64,000 nt of DNA, taken from NCBI GenBank assembly GCA_902515565.1, contig CABXVR010000005.1:7745-71744 (forward strand), read 5' to 3'. Source of the DNA: an uncultured Bacteroidota bacterium. Its GTDB lineage: Bacteria > Bacteroidota > Bacteroidia > Flavobacteriales > Flavobacteriaceae. The first letter of the stretch is position 1; the number at the start of each line of letters is the position of its first letter. The translations under genes were made by a program, and so were the position numbers. The notes under the pieces are model-generated. The model was given only the letters and a program-made list of their open reading frames with translations, did no database searches and had not been told where the DNA came from. Positions 36,976 through 46,897 of the stretch are shown piece after piece.

Positions 36976-38523
36976 ATGAATAAAGAACTAATAATACGTT
37001 CTAGTTCAAATATTGTTGATTTTGCCTTACTTAAAGATGGAAAATTAATAGAGTTTCAAAAAGATAAAGAAAGTAGTAAATATAGTGTTGGTGATATTTT
37101 TATTGCCAAAATAAGAAAGTCCATTCCTGGATTAAATGCTGCTTTTGTAAATGTAGGATATCACAAAGATGGTTTTTTACATTATCATGATTTAGGACCT
37201 AAACTTCCTACATATTTAAAGTTTATTAAAGGATTAATTTCAGGTAAACTAAAAAATTACTCTATAGAAAATTTTACATTTGAAAAAGAAATTGATAAAA
37301 ATGGCAGTATCAGCGAAGCTATAAAGCCTAATCAAACTGTGTTAGTGCAAATAATAAAAGAACCAATCTCTACAAAAGGGCCTAGAATTAGCTCTGAGCT
37401 TTCAATTGCTGGTAGATATTTGGTTTTAGTTCCGTTTTCTAATCGCATCTCTGTATCTCAAAAAATAGACACAAATGAAGAAAAAGAGAGATTAAAAAGA
37501 TTAGTTAAAAGTATTGCTCCAAAAGGTTTTGGAGTTATTATTAGAACTGTTGCTAAAGGCAAAAAAGTAGCTGAACTAGATAAAGACTTACAAACGTTGC
37601 ATGACAGATGGATTGCAATGTGTAAAAAATTACATAGAGCCACTTACCCGAGTAAAGTACTAGATGAAATGAATAAATCTTCCTTAATTTTAAGAGATCT
37701 ATTTAATGACACCTTTACCTCAATTGTGGTAGATGACGAAACTCTTTATTATCAATTAAAAGAGTATGTGCAAGAAATTGCACCCAAACAAGAATCTATT
37801 GTCAAATTACACAAGGATGAATCTCCAATTTTTGAAAAATTTGGAGTAGAAAGACAGATAAAAACCTCTTTTGGTCAGAATGTATCAATGGCTAAAGGAG
37901 CATATTTAGTCATAGAACATACTGAAGCACTACATGTTGTTGATGTAAATAGTGGAAATAGATCAAGTAAATCTAATAACCAAGAGGACACTGCTCTTGA
38001 AGTAAATTTAATAGCTGCAACTGAAATTGCTAGACAATTAAGACTCCGTGATATGGGAGGAATTATTGTAGTAGATTTTATAGATTTAGGATCTGCAGAA
38101 AACAGAAAAAAGCTATTTGATCACTTAAGAGATGAAATGAAGGATGATAGGGCTAAACACAAAATTCTTCCACCTAGTAAATTTGGGCTAATTCAAATCA
38201 CTAGACAAAGGGTTAGGCCTGAAATGACAATAAAAACTAGAGAAAAAAATCCAAACAATATTAATGGAGCCGAAATTGAGGCGCCAATTCTTATTGTTAA
38301 TAAAATTGCAGAAGATTTAGAATTAATATTGAAAAAAGGTTATAAAAATGTGCGATTAAATGCACATCCTTTTATAGCAGCCTTTCTTAATAAAGGTCTC
38401 TACTCTTTTAGAAATAAATGGATCTTGCAGTATAAGCAATGGATTAAAATTAATCCAAGGGATGCTTACACATATCTAGAATATCATTTTACCGACAAAA
38501 ACGGTAAAAACATTAATTTATAA
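36976..38523 (+). CDS. rng: Ribonuclease E/G family endoribonuclease (RNase G-size)
   Basis: N-terminal S1 domain, then the DNase I-like and Zn-link region with HVVDVNSG and the LRDMGGIIVVDFIDL motif. Length is 515 aa. Confidence 0.88.
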   Translation: MNKELIIRSSSNIVDFALLKDGKLIEFQKDKESSKYSVGDIFIAKIRKSIPGLNAAFVNVGYHKDGFLHYHDLGPKLPTYLKFIKGLISGKLKNYSIENFTFEKEIDKNGSISEAIKPNQTVLVQIIKEPISTKGPRISSELSIAGRYLVLVPFSNRISVSQKIDTNEEKERLKRLVKSIAPKGFGVIIRTVAKGKKVAELDKDLQTLHDRWIAMCKKLHRATYPSKVLDEMNKSSLILRDLFNDTFTSIVVDDETLYYQLKEYVQEIAPKQESIVKLHKDESPIFEKFGVERQIKTSFGQNVSMAKGAYLVIEHTEALHVVDVNSGNRSSKSNNQEDTALEVNLIAATEIARQLRLRDMGGIIVVDFIDLGSAENRKKLFDHLRDEMKDDRAKHKILPPSKFGLIQITRQRVRPEMTIKTREKNPNNINGAEIEAPILIVNKIAEDLELILKKGYKNVRLNAHPFIAAFLNKGLYSFRNKWILQYKQWIKINPRDAYTYLEYHFTDKNGKNINL

Positions 38524-38559
38524 CAAAAAAAGCTCTATTGAAAAATAGGGCTTTTTTTT
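38524..38559. terminator. Bidirectional Rho-independent terminator between rng and the convergent aldo-keto reductase gene
   Basis: A-run, AGCTCTAT, TGAAAA, ATAGGGCT, T-run. The stem is 8 bp with one G-U pair. Confidence 0.65.
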
Positions 38560-39595
38560 ATGGAGATGGATTGGGTATTTTAGAATGAACCTCGTTTATT
38601 TTACTTAAAACATCATCTCCAAGTGTAACTTCAATACTAGAAATGTTTTCTGCAAGTTGTTTTAGATTTGTAGCTCCAATAATATTGCTTGTAACAAATG
38701 ATTGTTGATTTACAAAAGCTAAAGACATTTGAGCTAAACTCAAATTATTATCTAATGCTATTTTTAGATATTCTTTTGTTGCATTTGTCGCTTCAGGGCT
38801 ACTATATCTAGAAAACCTTGGAAATAATTTTAGTCTTGAATTATCAGAAGCAGTTCCATTTATATATTTGCCTGTTAAAACACCAAAACCTAATGGGGAA
38901 TAAGCTAACAATCCAATGCCTTCTCTAATAGATATTTCTGCTAAATCCCCTTCAAATGGTCTGTTTAATAAAGAATAGGCATTTTGAATAGTTACAACTC
39001 GAGGTAGATTACATTTATTTGACTCTTCAATATAACGCATTGCCCCCCATGATTTCTCGTTAGAAATCCCAATGTTTCTAATTTTTCCTTCCTTAACAAA
39101 ACCATCTAAAGAATTTAATATTTCATTAAAATTATCATTCCATTTTTCTTTATAATTATGCTTGTAGTCTCTTATTCCAAAAAAATTAGTGCTTCTCTCC
39201 GGCCAATGTAATTGATATAAATCAATATAATCTGTTTGAAGTCTTTTTAAACTCTTATGTATAGCATCTTTTATCGATTTTGGAGAGAAACCACCAGTTC
39301 TAATATGTTTTGTGTAATCTCCAGGTCCAGCAATTTTTGTTGCGATAACTAGCTTATCTCTATTTTTTTTTTGTGTCAACCACTTACCAATTATTTCACT
39401 AGTTCTACCACTTGTTTTAGCTTCTGCTGGAACCGGATAAAGTTCTGCAGTATCAATAAAATTAATACCACTATCAACTGAAAAATCTAACTGCTCAAAA
39501 GCTTCCTTTTCACTGTTTTGGTTTCCCCAAGTCATAGTTCCTAAACATATCTTACTTACTTTAATTTCTGTGTGCGGAATAGTATTATATAACAT
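38558..39595 (-). CDS. NADP-dependent aldo/keto reductase (Tas-like)
   Basis: AKR motifs GTMTWG, FIDTAELY, DLYQLHWP and IGISNE. Length is 345 aa. Confidence 0.88.
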   Translation of the reverse strand: MLYNTIPHTEIKVSKICLGTMTWGNQNSEKEAFEQLDFSVDSGINFIDTAELYPVPAEAKTSGRTSEIIGKWLTQKKNRDKLVIATKIAGPGDYTKHIRTGGFSPKSIKDAIHKSLKRLQTDYIDLYQLHWPERSTNFFGIRDYKHNYKEKWNDNFNEILNSLDGFVKEGKIRNIGISNEKSWGAMRYIEESNKCNLPRVVTIQNAYSLLNRPFEGDLAEISIREGIGLLAYSPLGFGVLTGKYINGTASDNSRLKLFPRFSRYSSPEATNATKEYLKIALDNNLSLAQMSLAFVNQQSFVTSNIIGATNLKQLAENISSIEVTLGDDVLSKINEVHSKIPNPSP

Positions 39596-39598
39596 TTA

Positions 39599-40363
39599 TT
39601 AAAATTTTAGGTTTACAACAATGGGGCAATGATCACTATGTTTCACTTCACTGAGTATTTTAGCATCTGTAATATTGTATTGTAAGTTTTCTGACACCAT
39701 AGCATAATCAATTCTCCATCCTTTATTATTTTGTCTGGAATTTGCCCTGTAACTCCACCAAGAATACATATCTTTTGAGTCATTAACTTCTCTAAAAGAA
39801 TCTACAAAACCGCTTGAAATAAAACTATCCAACCATTCTCTTTCTACTGGTAAAAAGCCTGAGACATTTTTATTTCGTACAGGATCGTGAATATCAATTG
39901 CTTTATGACATATATTATAGTCACCTACAATAATTAATTTATTTAAAGAAGTTTTGAGTTTGTCTACATATTCTTTGAATATTTTCATATAATTGAGCTT
40001 ATGATCTAGTCTTAAAAGATTAGTTCCTGAAGGCAAATAAAGACTCATAACAGAAAAATCATCAAAATCAGCGCGGATATTCCTTCCCTCAAAATCCATA
40101 GATTCAATACCTGTGCCATATTCAACATGATTAGGCTTAGTTTTACTTAAAATTGCAACACCACTGTAACCTTTCTTTTGTGCACTAAACCAATAATTGT
40201 ATTTATATCCAGCATTAACAAATAAATCTAAATCTAACTGTTCTTCTAATGCTTTAATTTCCTGTAAACAAATTACGTCAGGGGATTCATCAACTATCCA
40301 TTCTATAAAACCCTTTTTTATAGCAGCTCTAATTCCGTTAACATTATATGATATTATTTTCAT
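39599..40363 (-). CDS. xth: Exodeoxyribonuclease III
   Basis: MKIISYNVNGIRA, CLQEIK and SDHCPI motifs. The ORF extends 7 codons further up to 40384, but MKIISYN is the conserved start. Confidence 0.9.
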   Translation of the reverse strand: MKIISYNVNGIRAAIKKGFIEWIVDESPDVICLQEIKALEEQLDLDLFVNAGYKYNYWFSAQKKGYSGVAILSKTKPNHVEYGTGIESMDFEGRNIRADFDDFSVMSLYLPSGTNLLRLDHKLNYMKIFKEYVDKLKTSLNKLIIVGDYNICHKAIDIHDPVRNKNVSGFLPVEREWLDSFISSGFVDSFREVNDSKDMYSWWSYRANSRQNNKGWRIDYAMVSENLQYNITDAKILSEVKHSDHCPIVVNLKF

Positions 40364-40464
40364 TTTACTAAAATATATAATCAAATAATTAATTACTAGA
40401 TTAGATCATAAGTTTTAATAAAAAATATAAAATATTTGAGATAATTTAGAGTTTAATCTATACC

Positions 40465-43400
40465 ATGAAGATTTTACATTTTTTTATACTTGTTTTTTGG
40501 GCTATAAATAGTTTAGCAAATGACATTAATCTGTCAAATGAAAAAACTATTTCAAAAGATAGTTTAGACTTAAAAATAAATATTACTGAAAAAAAGTTAG
40601 ATAGTATTTACTTTCCTGAATTTATAACAAAAGAATATACTTTTTTAAGTAATGATTTAATAATTCAAAATACAAGTAATCTTGATAAATTATATAAAAT
40701 TTCCAAATCAAATATAGATATTAGTAATAGTCCATTTGTAGGTCTTAACACTTACGGGAGTATCTCGAGGGGAATAACTTTAGGGAATAATCAAAATGCT
40801 GTATTAAATAGTGAGTTAGATTTACAGATTTTTGGAAAACTTAATGATAAAGTAGAGGTAACAGCATCAATCCAAGACGCTAATATTCCGCTTCAAGATG
40901 GTGGTTATTCTCAAAAACTTGACGAGTTTGATCAGATTTTCATCGAATTAAAAAGTGAAAAGTGGAAAATAAGAGCTGGAGATGTTGATTTGAATAACTC
41001 AAATACATATTTCGGTAAGTTTGAGAAAAGAATTCAAGGACTATTAGTGTCAGCTAAAATTAATGAAACAGATAATGCTTATGTTTCTGGAGCAATTGTT
41101 AAAGGACAATTTAAAAGCAGTAATATCAATATCCAAGATGGAAACCAAGGACCATATAAATTACAAGGCCAACTAGGTGAACTATATATTTTAGTTGTTT
41201 CAGGGAGCGAAAAAGTTTATGCAAATGGGCTATTATTACAAAGGGGGGAAAATAAAGATTACATCATTAATTATAATGCTGGGGAGATAATTTTTAATAC
41301 AACTTATCCAGTAAGATCCGACATGAGGGTCAAAATTGAATATCAAATAAGTGACAGAAATTATTCAAGGTTCATGGCCTATAGTGGTGGGAAATACAGT
41401 ACAGATAAAATGAATTTAAATGTGATGATTTATAATGAAAATGATTTGAAGAATCAGCAATTACAACAAAATTTAAATTCAGAGAATATTGATGTATTAA
41501 GTCAAGCAGGAGATGATTTAGAGCTTATGCAATCTTCATCAATAATTGAGGCAGAATTTGATGAAAATAGAATTTTATACAAAAAAATAATTGAAAATAA
41601 TATAGAATATTACGAGTTTTCCAATAATCCAAATGAAGAGTTGTATTCAATAAAATTTAGTTATGTTGGGGAAAACAAAGGGGATTATGGATTAGTTAAT
41701 ACAAATGCCATCTCAAACATTTACGAATATATACCTCAAATTTCAGGAGATAAACAGGGTGATTATGACCCAATACTAAATTTAATAGCACCAGAGAAAA
41801 TTCAGCTTGCTATAATAAATGGTGAGTATCAAATTAGTGAGAATTCAGAAATTAAATTTGAATTAGCAAATAGCAATAGTGATAAAAATCTATTTTCAAC
41901 AATTAATGATGATGATAATACAGGATTAGCAACTAAAATTGAAATAAAAAACTCTCTTGTAAGAAATGATAATTTTAAAATTATTAATAAAATTGAATAC
42001 AAACATATAAATGAAGATTTTAGATCTATAGAAAATAATTATAATACAGAATTTTTAAGAGACTGGAACTTAGATTCAACACTACTAGATATAAATAATC
42101 AATTTAACAAAACTCAAAATCAATCCTCAGCAGAATTAAAATTTTTGAAAAATAACATAGGGTCGATTGATTATAAATATCAAAACTTAGAGTTTATTGA
42201 TAATTTTGAAGGAACTAAACATAATACTGTTTTAAAATATGATTCAAATAATATAGTAATTAACTCTAGAAGTAGTTTTCTAAAATCAAAATCAAATTTA
42301 ATTGAGTCAAATTTTAATAGAAGTTATAACTCAATGAGTTTAGACAGTAATGATTTCTGGACAGAAATAAATTTAGACTATGAAGACAACTCAAAAAAAA
42401 ATATAATCACAGATTCACTGACTTTAAACAGTCATCAATATAAATCCTACGGAGTTAAAAGTGGGATTGGAGAAAAAGAAAACTTATTTGTTGAGATTGG
42501 TTATAATCATATAGTAAATGATAGTGTTGTAAATAATTCAATTCAAAAAGTAAATACATCAAATAATTTTTCTATTAATTCTCAAATAATAAATAACTCC
42601 AACAGCAAACTTTCCATATTTGGCAATTATCGAATACTAAACAGAAATAGTAACGAAAGAAAAGAAAAATTCTTGAATTCAAGAATTGATTATTTCAAAA
42701 AAACTTCAGATGATGTAATAAAAATTAATATTTTATATGAATCAAATTCAGGAAATTTAGCCCAACAAGAATATACTTATATCGAAGTTGAACCTGGAAT
42801 TGGAAATTATAAATGGATTGATATTAATGAAAATAACATACAGGAACTGGAGGAGTTTGAGATTGCACAATTTGAAGATGAAGGCATATATCTTAGAGTA
42901 TTGTTACCTAATCAAAAATTCATTAAAACTTATCAAAATAAATTTAGTCAATCTTTAAATATTAATTTCAAAAGCTGGTCAAAAGATGAATCAAAATTTA
43001 AAAAACTATTGTCACACTTTCAAAATCAAACTCAATACTTAATTCAAAAACAAAGCGCTCAAGGTAATAATAATTTTGATTTAAATCCCTTTAAAATATC
43101 ATCAAATAATTTAATTGGATTAACAATGAATTTAAGAAATAGTTTGTTTTTTAATAGAGGTAAAGAATATTACTCTACTACTTATAACTTCACAAATAAT
43201 CGTTCGAAAAATTCTTTATCTTTTGGAAATATTCAAAATGATATATTGAGTCATCAATTAACTTTTAAACATAAGTTAAATAGTATACTTTTTTCCACAT
43301 TGATTTCTATTGATAACAGAAAGAGCAAAAGTGAGAATTTTGAAAGTAAGAACTATACTTTTGAACAAATAAAATACATTCCAAAATTCACTTACTTTAT

Positions 43401-43761
43401 TGAAAATAATAATAAAATAGATTTTTATTATCAATACTCAAATAAAGAAAATTTAATTGGGAGTTTTGAAACTCTAACACAAAATAAATTTGGTATTTCA
43501 AGTTCATTTTCTAATAAAAACAAATTAGCAATTAATGGGGAATTAAACTACTACAAAAACAAGTTTCAAGGCAACCCAAACTCTATAATTGGTTATATAA
43601 TGATGGAAGGTTTACAGTCTGGTGATAATTTAACCTGGGCGTTAAATATCCAAAAGAAAGTAACTAAATACGTCGATTTAAACTTAAATTATTTTGCAAG
43701 AAAATCAGACTATAACCCAGTCATTCATAATGGGAATGTTCAGCTAAAAGCAAATTTTTAG
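40465..43761 (+). CDS. Large (1098 aa) secreted, Asn-rich protein of unknown function, probably an outer-membrane beta-barrel
   Basis: Signal peptide (FILVFWAINSLAND). The N-terminal 300 aa hold a Gly-rich beta-sandwich-like region (QDGNQGPYKLQG...GSEKVYANGLLLQRGENKDYIINYNAGEIIFN). The long C-terminal part has alternating-hydrophobicity strands and ends in LKANF. Confidence 0.5.
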   Translation: MKILHFFILVFWAINSLANDINLSNEKTISKDSLDLKINITEKKLDSIYFPEFITKEYTFLSNDLIIQNTSNLDKLYKISKSNIDISNSPFVGLNTYGSISRGITLGNNQNAVLNSELDLQIFGKLNDKVEVTASIQDANIPLQDGGYSQKLDEFDQIFIELKSEKWKIRAGDVDLNNSNTYFGKFEKRIQGLLVSAKINETDNAYVSGAIVKGQFKSSNINIQDGNQGPYKLQGQLGELYILVVSGSEKVYANGLLLQRGENKDYIINYNAGEIIFNTTYPVRSDMRVKIEYQISDRNYSRFMAYSGGKYSTDKMNLNVMIYNENDLKNQQLQQNLNSENIDVLSQAGDDLELMQSSSIIEAEFDENRILYKKIIENNIEYYEFSNNPNEELYSIKFSYVGENKGDYGLVNTNAISNIYEYIPQISGDKQGDYDPILNLIAPEKIQLAIINGEYQISENSEIKFELANSNSDKNLFSTINDDDNTGLATKIEIKNSLVRNDNFKIINKIEYKHINEDFRSIENNYNTEFLRDWNLDSTLLDINNQFNKTQNQSSAELKFLKNNIGSIDYKYQNLEFIDNFEGTKHNTVLKYDSNNIVINSRSSFLKSKSNLIESNFNRSYNSMSLDSNDFWTEINLDYEDNSKKNIITDSLTLNSHQYKSYGVKSGIGEKENLFVEIGYNHIVNDSVVNNSIQKVNTSNNFSINSQIINNSNSKLSIFGNYRILNRNSNERKEKFLNSRIDYFKKTSDDVIKINILYESNSGNLAQQEYTYIEVEPGIGNYKWIDINENNIQELEEFEIAQFEDEGIYLRVLLPNQKFIKTYQNKFSQSLNINFKSWSKDESKFKKLLSHFQNQTQYLIQKQSAQGNNNFDLNPFKISSNNLIGLTMNLRNSLFFNRGKEYYSTTYNFTNNRSKNSLSFGNIQNDILSHQLTFKHKLNSILFSTLISIDNRKSKSENFESKNYTFEQIKYIPKFTYFIENNNKIDFYYQYSNKENLIGSFETLTQNKFGISSSFSNKNKLAINGELNYYKNKFQGNPNSIIGYIMMEGLQSGDNLTWALNIQKKVTKYVDLNLNYFARKSDYNPVIHNGNVQLKANF

Positions 43762-43765
43762 AAAT

Positions 43766-43798
43766 AAAAAAAGAGAAGTATATTACTTCTCTTTTTTT
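43766..43798. terminator. Bidirectional Rho-independent terminator between convergent genes
   Basis: A-run, AGAGAAGTA, TAT, TACTTCTCT, T-run: a perfect 9-bp stem. Confidence 0.75.
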
Positions 43799-43817
43799 AT
43801 ATAATCTATATGTAAAA

Positions 43818-46751
43818 TTATTTAACAATAATTTTTCCTACTCTGTATCCAATGGAAGAATTACCCATTTTAACTAGATAGACACCTGCTGCAGCATATG
43901 ACATGTCTAAGTCATATAAATACTTGTCAGTGTTTTTAGAAATATTGTTAAATACAATTACTTGTCCAGATATATTATATACACTAAAAGAGATGTCTTC
44001 GTTGTATAATGTTGATAAGCTAATATTAAATTGGTTATTGTCTTGTGAAATAATTCTAAACTCAGAATTAGCTAAAACACTATCATCTATTCCAAGTGAC
44101 TCGACTATATTTACAATGTAATCTTCAGTTTCTCCATAATTAGTTTCTTCACATGCATCATCAGGCACAGGTGCATTCCAATTTGTTTTAGCTCTCATTA
44201 TATGCTCTCCTAATGTAGCATCATCAGGAACAACTAGTTGCATAGTTTCAGTGTAACTACCCGCAGCTCCACCTGGTGCGATAACATAGTTATCTACAAC
44301 AACTTCATCTAAAGTAAACACAAAATCATCATTAAAATCAATCCAAACTCTTATGTTCTGATTACCATATCCAGTGGTAACTGTTAAGTCATTTGTAGAA
44401 CCTTGTTCTAAAGCGGTGGATAAATTAGTAAAATCTTCATAACCTGGTCCGCCAGATCCAGTATTATTATTTATGTCCCCTACTTGAAATAAATGGAAAC
44501 CATCTCCATAAGATAAGTCTCCAGTTGGAGTACAATTCGAGTTATTTATATTGGCAGAAATTGAGTTATTTGAATCATCAGAATCATTTTCAATGTTTAC
44601 TGTTGCAGTAATTTCGTAAAGACCAAATGCAGATAAATCTGCAGTTTGAGTAAAAATATAATCTGTTGAACTATTTCCAGCTAAAGGTCCATCGACAGTT
44701 TCTGTTACTTGTTCTCCATTTAACTCATATGAAACTTCAAAATTGGATTGTTCTGCACCTCCAAAATTAGTTATTTCAATAGTCACAAGTTCAGTTGCAG
44801 AAAGATTTGTCCCAGAAACTGGAGATGAAATTCCAGTCACACCTAAATCATTTGGATTTAAATGCTGAACATCTTCAGTAATTCCATCATTAGAAGAATC
44901 TTCATCACCCGATAAAGAAGTATAAGAAAGTATCACATATGTTTGACCAACAGTTGATAAATCAGCAGTTGTTGAAAAAGTATGTTGAACTGTTTCTGTA
45001 GATTCTACAGTTCCAGAATATGTTTCAGTAATAATTGTCCCTGAATCTAGTTGATAGGAAACATCGAAATTTGAAACTGCATCTTCTCCATAATTAAAAA
45101 TAGAAACTGTAACAGATTCAGAATTGGATAAAAGTCCAGAAACTGGTGTATCAACACTTACAACTCCAATATCATTTGAGTAGTTAGCAGCAATTTGAAA
45201 TGTTCCTACTAAATCTCTTCTGCCAGGTTTAAAGTATTCTGATATAAACCAAAATGTTTTATCATTGGATGGATCTACACTCATGTGTGCATAATCCGCA
45301 TATCTAGTATTTGGATTTGTTGCATTACTTTGACCAATAAGATTTTCTTCAATAGTCATTTGTCCAGATGGGTCATTAGCATATCTCCCCGTGTATCTTA
45401 ATGTAATTGGGGCTGTAGCGCTCATTGATGTATATCCCATACCAATATTTCCTTGAATATCCATAGCCATACTAGCTCCAAATGCATGTCTACCTTCTGG
45501 TGCTGTGTATGTTCCTTCCTGATAAATAACCCATGGTTCTCCATCAGCATCTTGCCTTAACTCATACCATCTAACAGCCGCTAGTTCATCACTTCCAGAA
45601 AGAACATCAACAACAAAGTTAAACACAGCTGAATTATGAGTTGGAAATTTTCTAAATTGAGCTTGATTCATAAGTGTTGCTTGCATTGCGTCAATATCAG
45701 GGCCACTTGATTGAGTTAAATTTGCAAAACTTCCTCCATCAAAAACACTAGTAAAAGAAGAAGTTGGTAATTGATATGGTGTAGATATAGACGAGTTATT
45801 AGAGTTTTCCCAATCAATATTAATTGTCCATATTTTAAGATGATCTGTTGAGACTTGATTCCAAGCATCGTCTTGCATGTAAACCATTGTTGCATTTCCA
45901 GCTGCTGGATGATCATCATTAGTAATATCTAAAACTTGAGCAGAAGCAAATCCACTAGTAATCATTTGAGGGGCATCAAATCCTTGGATTGATGCTGTTG
46001 GGTCACCCTCAATAATTTTATCTCTCTCCAAAACATATAAGTTGTTTGCAGACGTATTAGTTGTACAATAGTATCCGTCAGACCAAATAGAATATTTTGG
46101 GTAATCTGGAAATTGTCCATCAGTGCCAAAAGACATAGCATTATAAACGTGCCATCCACCAAGTATAGGGTCATTAGTCTGTGAAATAGCAAAATTTAAT
46201 CCAGAACTTCCCATTGAAGTAATAATGTATCTGTCAGCCTCACTATCATACATAGCAATAGGATCACCAGATTCGTCATTCCCAAACAAAGTAGATAAAC
46301 TTGATGGTGGAGATGCGGTAGTACCATCAATATTAAAAAATCTAAATGAAGAATTCCAAGATGCGAAATAATAATCTCTACCAATCTCTCCAGTAGGATC
46401 TGAAGGAGTTGCAGTATTAGAAGTTGTTTCAAATGTTAAAATGGGATCTCTGCTACTTTTTGTAACCACGTTTTCTTGCAAATAAAGTAATGGGTCATCT
46501 CCATTTGGAAGTCCTTTACCAGGAACTACTTTGTTCCCATGCCATCTTTTTTCTCTACCTAACTTTTTGTGAGCATCCTCATCTGCAGGAACAAAAGTTC
46601 CATCCTTAATTTGATCTGAAATACTCGGAACAAATCTGTAGTCAAGAGTTGCAGTCCATGAAGGTTTTTGAATCTCTGATTGTTGTGAATATGAGGAAAT
46701 AAATAAAAAAAATCCAAACAAACTAACTAATAATTTTATGTTTTTAACCAT
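43818..46751 (-). CDS. T9SS-secreted multidomain protein (unknown N-terminal domain, two CARDB-like repeats, GEVED domain, Por C-terminal sorting domain)
   Basis: Signal peptide. Two repeats of about 105 aa. A GEVED signature (CEETNYGETEDYIVNI). The C-terminal about 80 aa look like a type A T9SS sorting domain (FSVYNISGQVI...GVYLVKM...GKIIVK). Confidence 0.8.
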   Translation of the reverse strand: MVKNIKLLVSLFGFFLFISSYSQQSEIQKPSWTATLDYRFVPSISDQIKDGTFVPADEDAHKKLGREKRWHGNKVVPGKGLPNGDDPLLYLQENVVTKSSRDPILTFETTSNTATPSDPTGEIGRDYYFASWNSSFRFFNIDGTTASPPSSLSTLFGNDESGDPIAMYDSEADRYIITSMGSSGLNFAISQTNDPILGGWHVYNAMSFGTDGQFPDYPKYSIWSDGYYCTTNTSANNLYVLERDKIIEGDPTASIQGFDAPQMITSGFASAQVLDITNDDHPAAGNATMVYMQDDAWNQVSTDHLKIWTINIDWENSNNSSISTPYQLPTSSFTSVFDGGSFANLTQSSGPDIDAMQATLMNQAQFRKFPTHNSAVFNFVVDVLSGSDELAAVRWYELRQDADGEPWVIYQEGTYTAPEGRHAFGASMAMDIQGNIGMGYTSMSATAPITLRYTGRYANDPSGQMTIEENLIGQSNATNPNTRYADYAHMSVDPSNDKTFWFISEYFKPGRRDLVGTFQIAANYSNDIGVVSVDTPVSGLLSNSESVTVSIFNYGEDAVSNFDVSYQLDSGTIITETYSGTVESTETVQHTFSTTADLSTVGQTYVILSYTSLSGDEDSSNDGITEDVQHLNPNDLGVTGISSPVSGTNLSATELVTIEITNFGGAEQSNFEVSYELNGEQVTETVDGPLAGNSSTDYIFTQTADLSAFGLYEITATVNIENDSDDSNNSISANINNSNCTPTGDLSYGDGFHLFQVGDINNNTGSGGPGYEDFTNLSTALEQGSTNDLTVTTGYGNQNIRVWIDFNDDFVFTLDEVVVDNYVIAPGGAAGSYTETMQLVVPDDATLGEHIMRAKTNWNAPVPDDACEETNYGETEDYIVNIVESLGIDDSVLANSEFRIISQDNNQFNISLSTLYNEDISFSVYNISGQVIVFNNISKNTDKYLYDLDMSYAAAGVYLVKMGNSSIGYRVGKIIVK
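44545..45176 (-). repeat. Tandem intragenic duplication encoding two CARDB-like modules
   Basis: NDIGVVSVDTPVSGLLSNSESVTVSIFNYGEDAVSNFDVSYQLDSG... aligns with NDLGVTGISSPVSGTNLSATELVTIEITNFGGAEQSNFEVSYELNGE..., and both end in D/S/N-rich tracts. Confidence 0.7.
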
Positions 46752-46897
46752 GATATGTATTTGATTTGATGTGTGTATAAAATTTGCAACGCCAATGTAT
46801 GTATTTTCATTGGAATATTAAAATGTGAAACAATAAAAAACTGCTCCCAATTAATTCTTGAAGATTGTGAAAAAGTTAAAATGATAGCTGAAATGAA

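Noticed and set aside
45716-46432. Three consecutive same-strand ORFs in one alternative frame of the T9SS cargo gene (45716..45919, 45962..46192, 46196..46432), considered as a possible overlapping gene.
   Set aside because: The translations are Leu-rich nonsense (LLILQLLQILLERL…) and are interrupted by stops. The open frame is better explained by the Thr/Ser/Asp/Gly-rich codon bias of the main frame.
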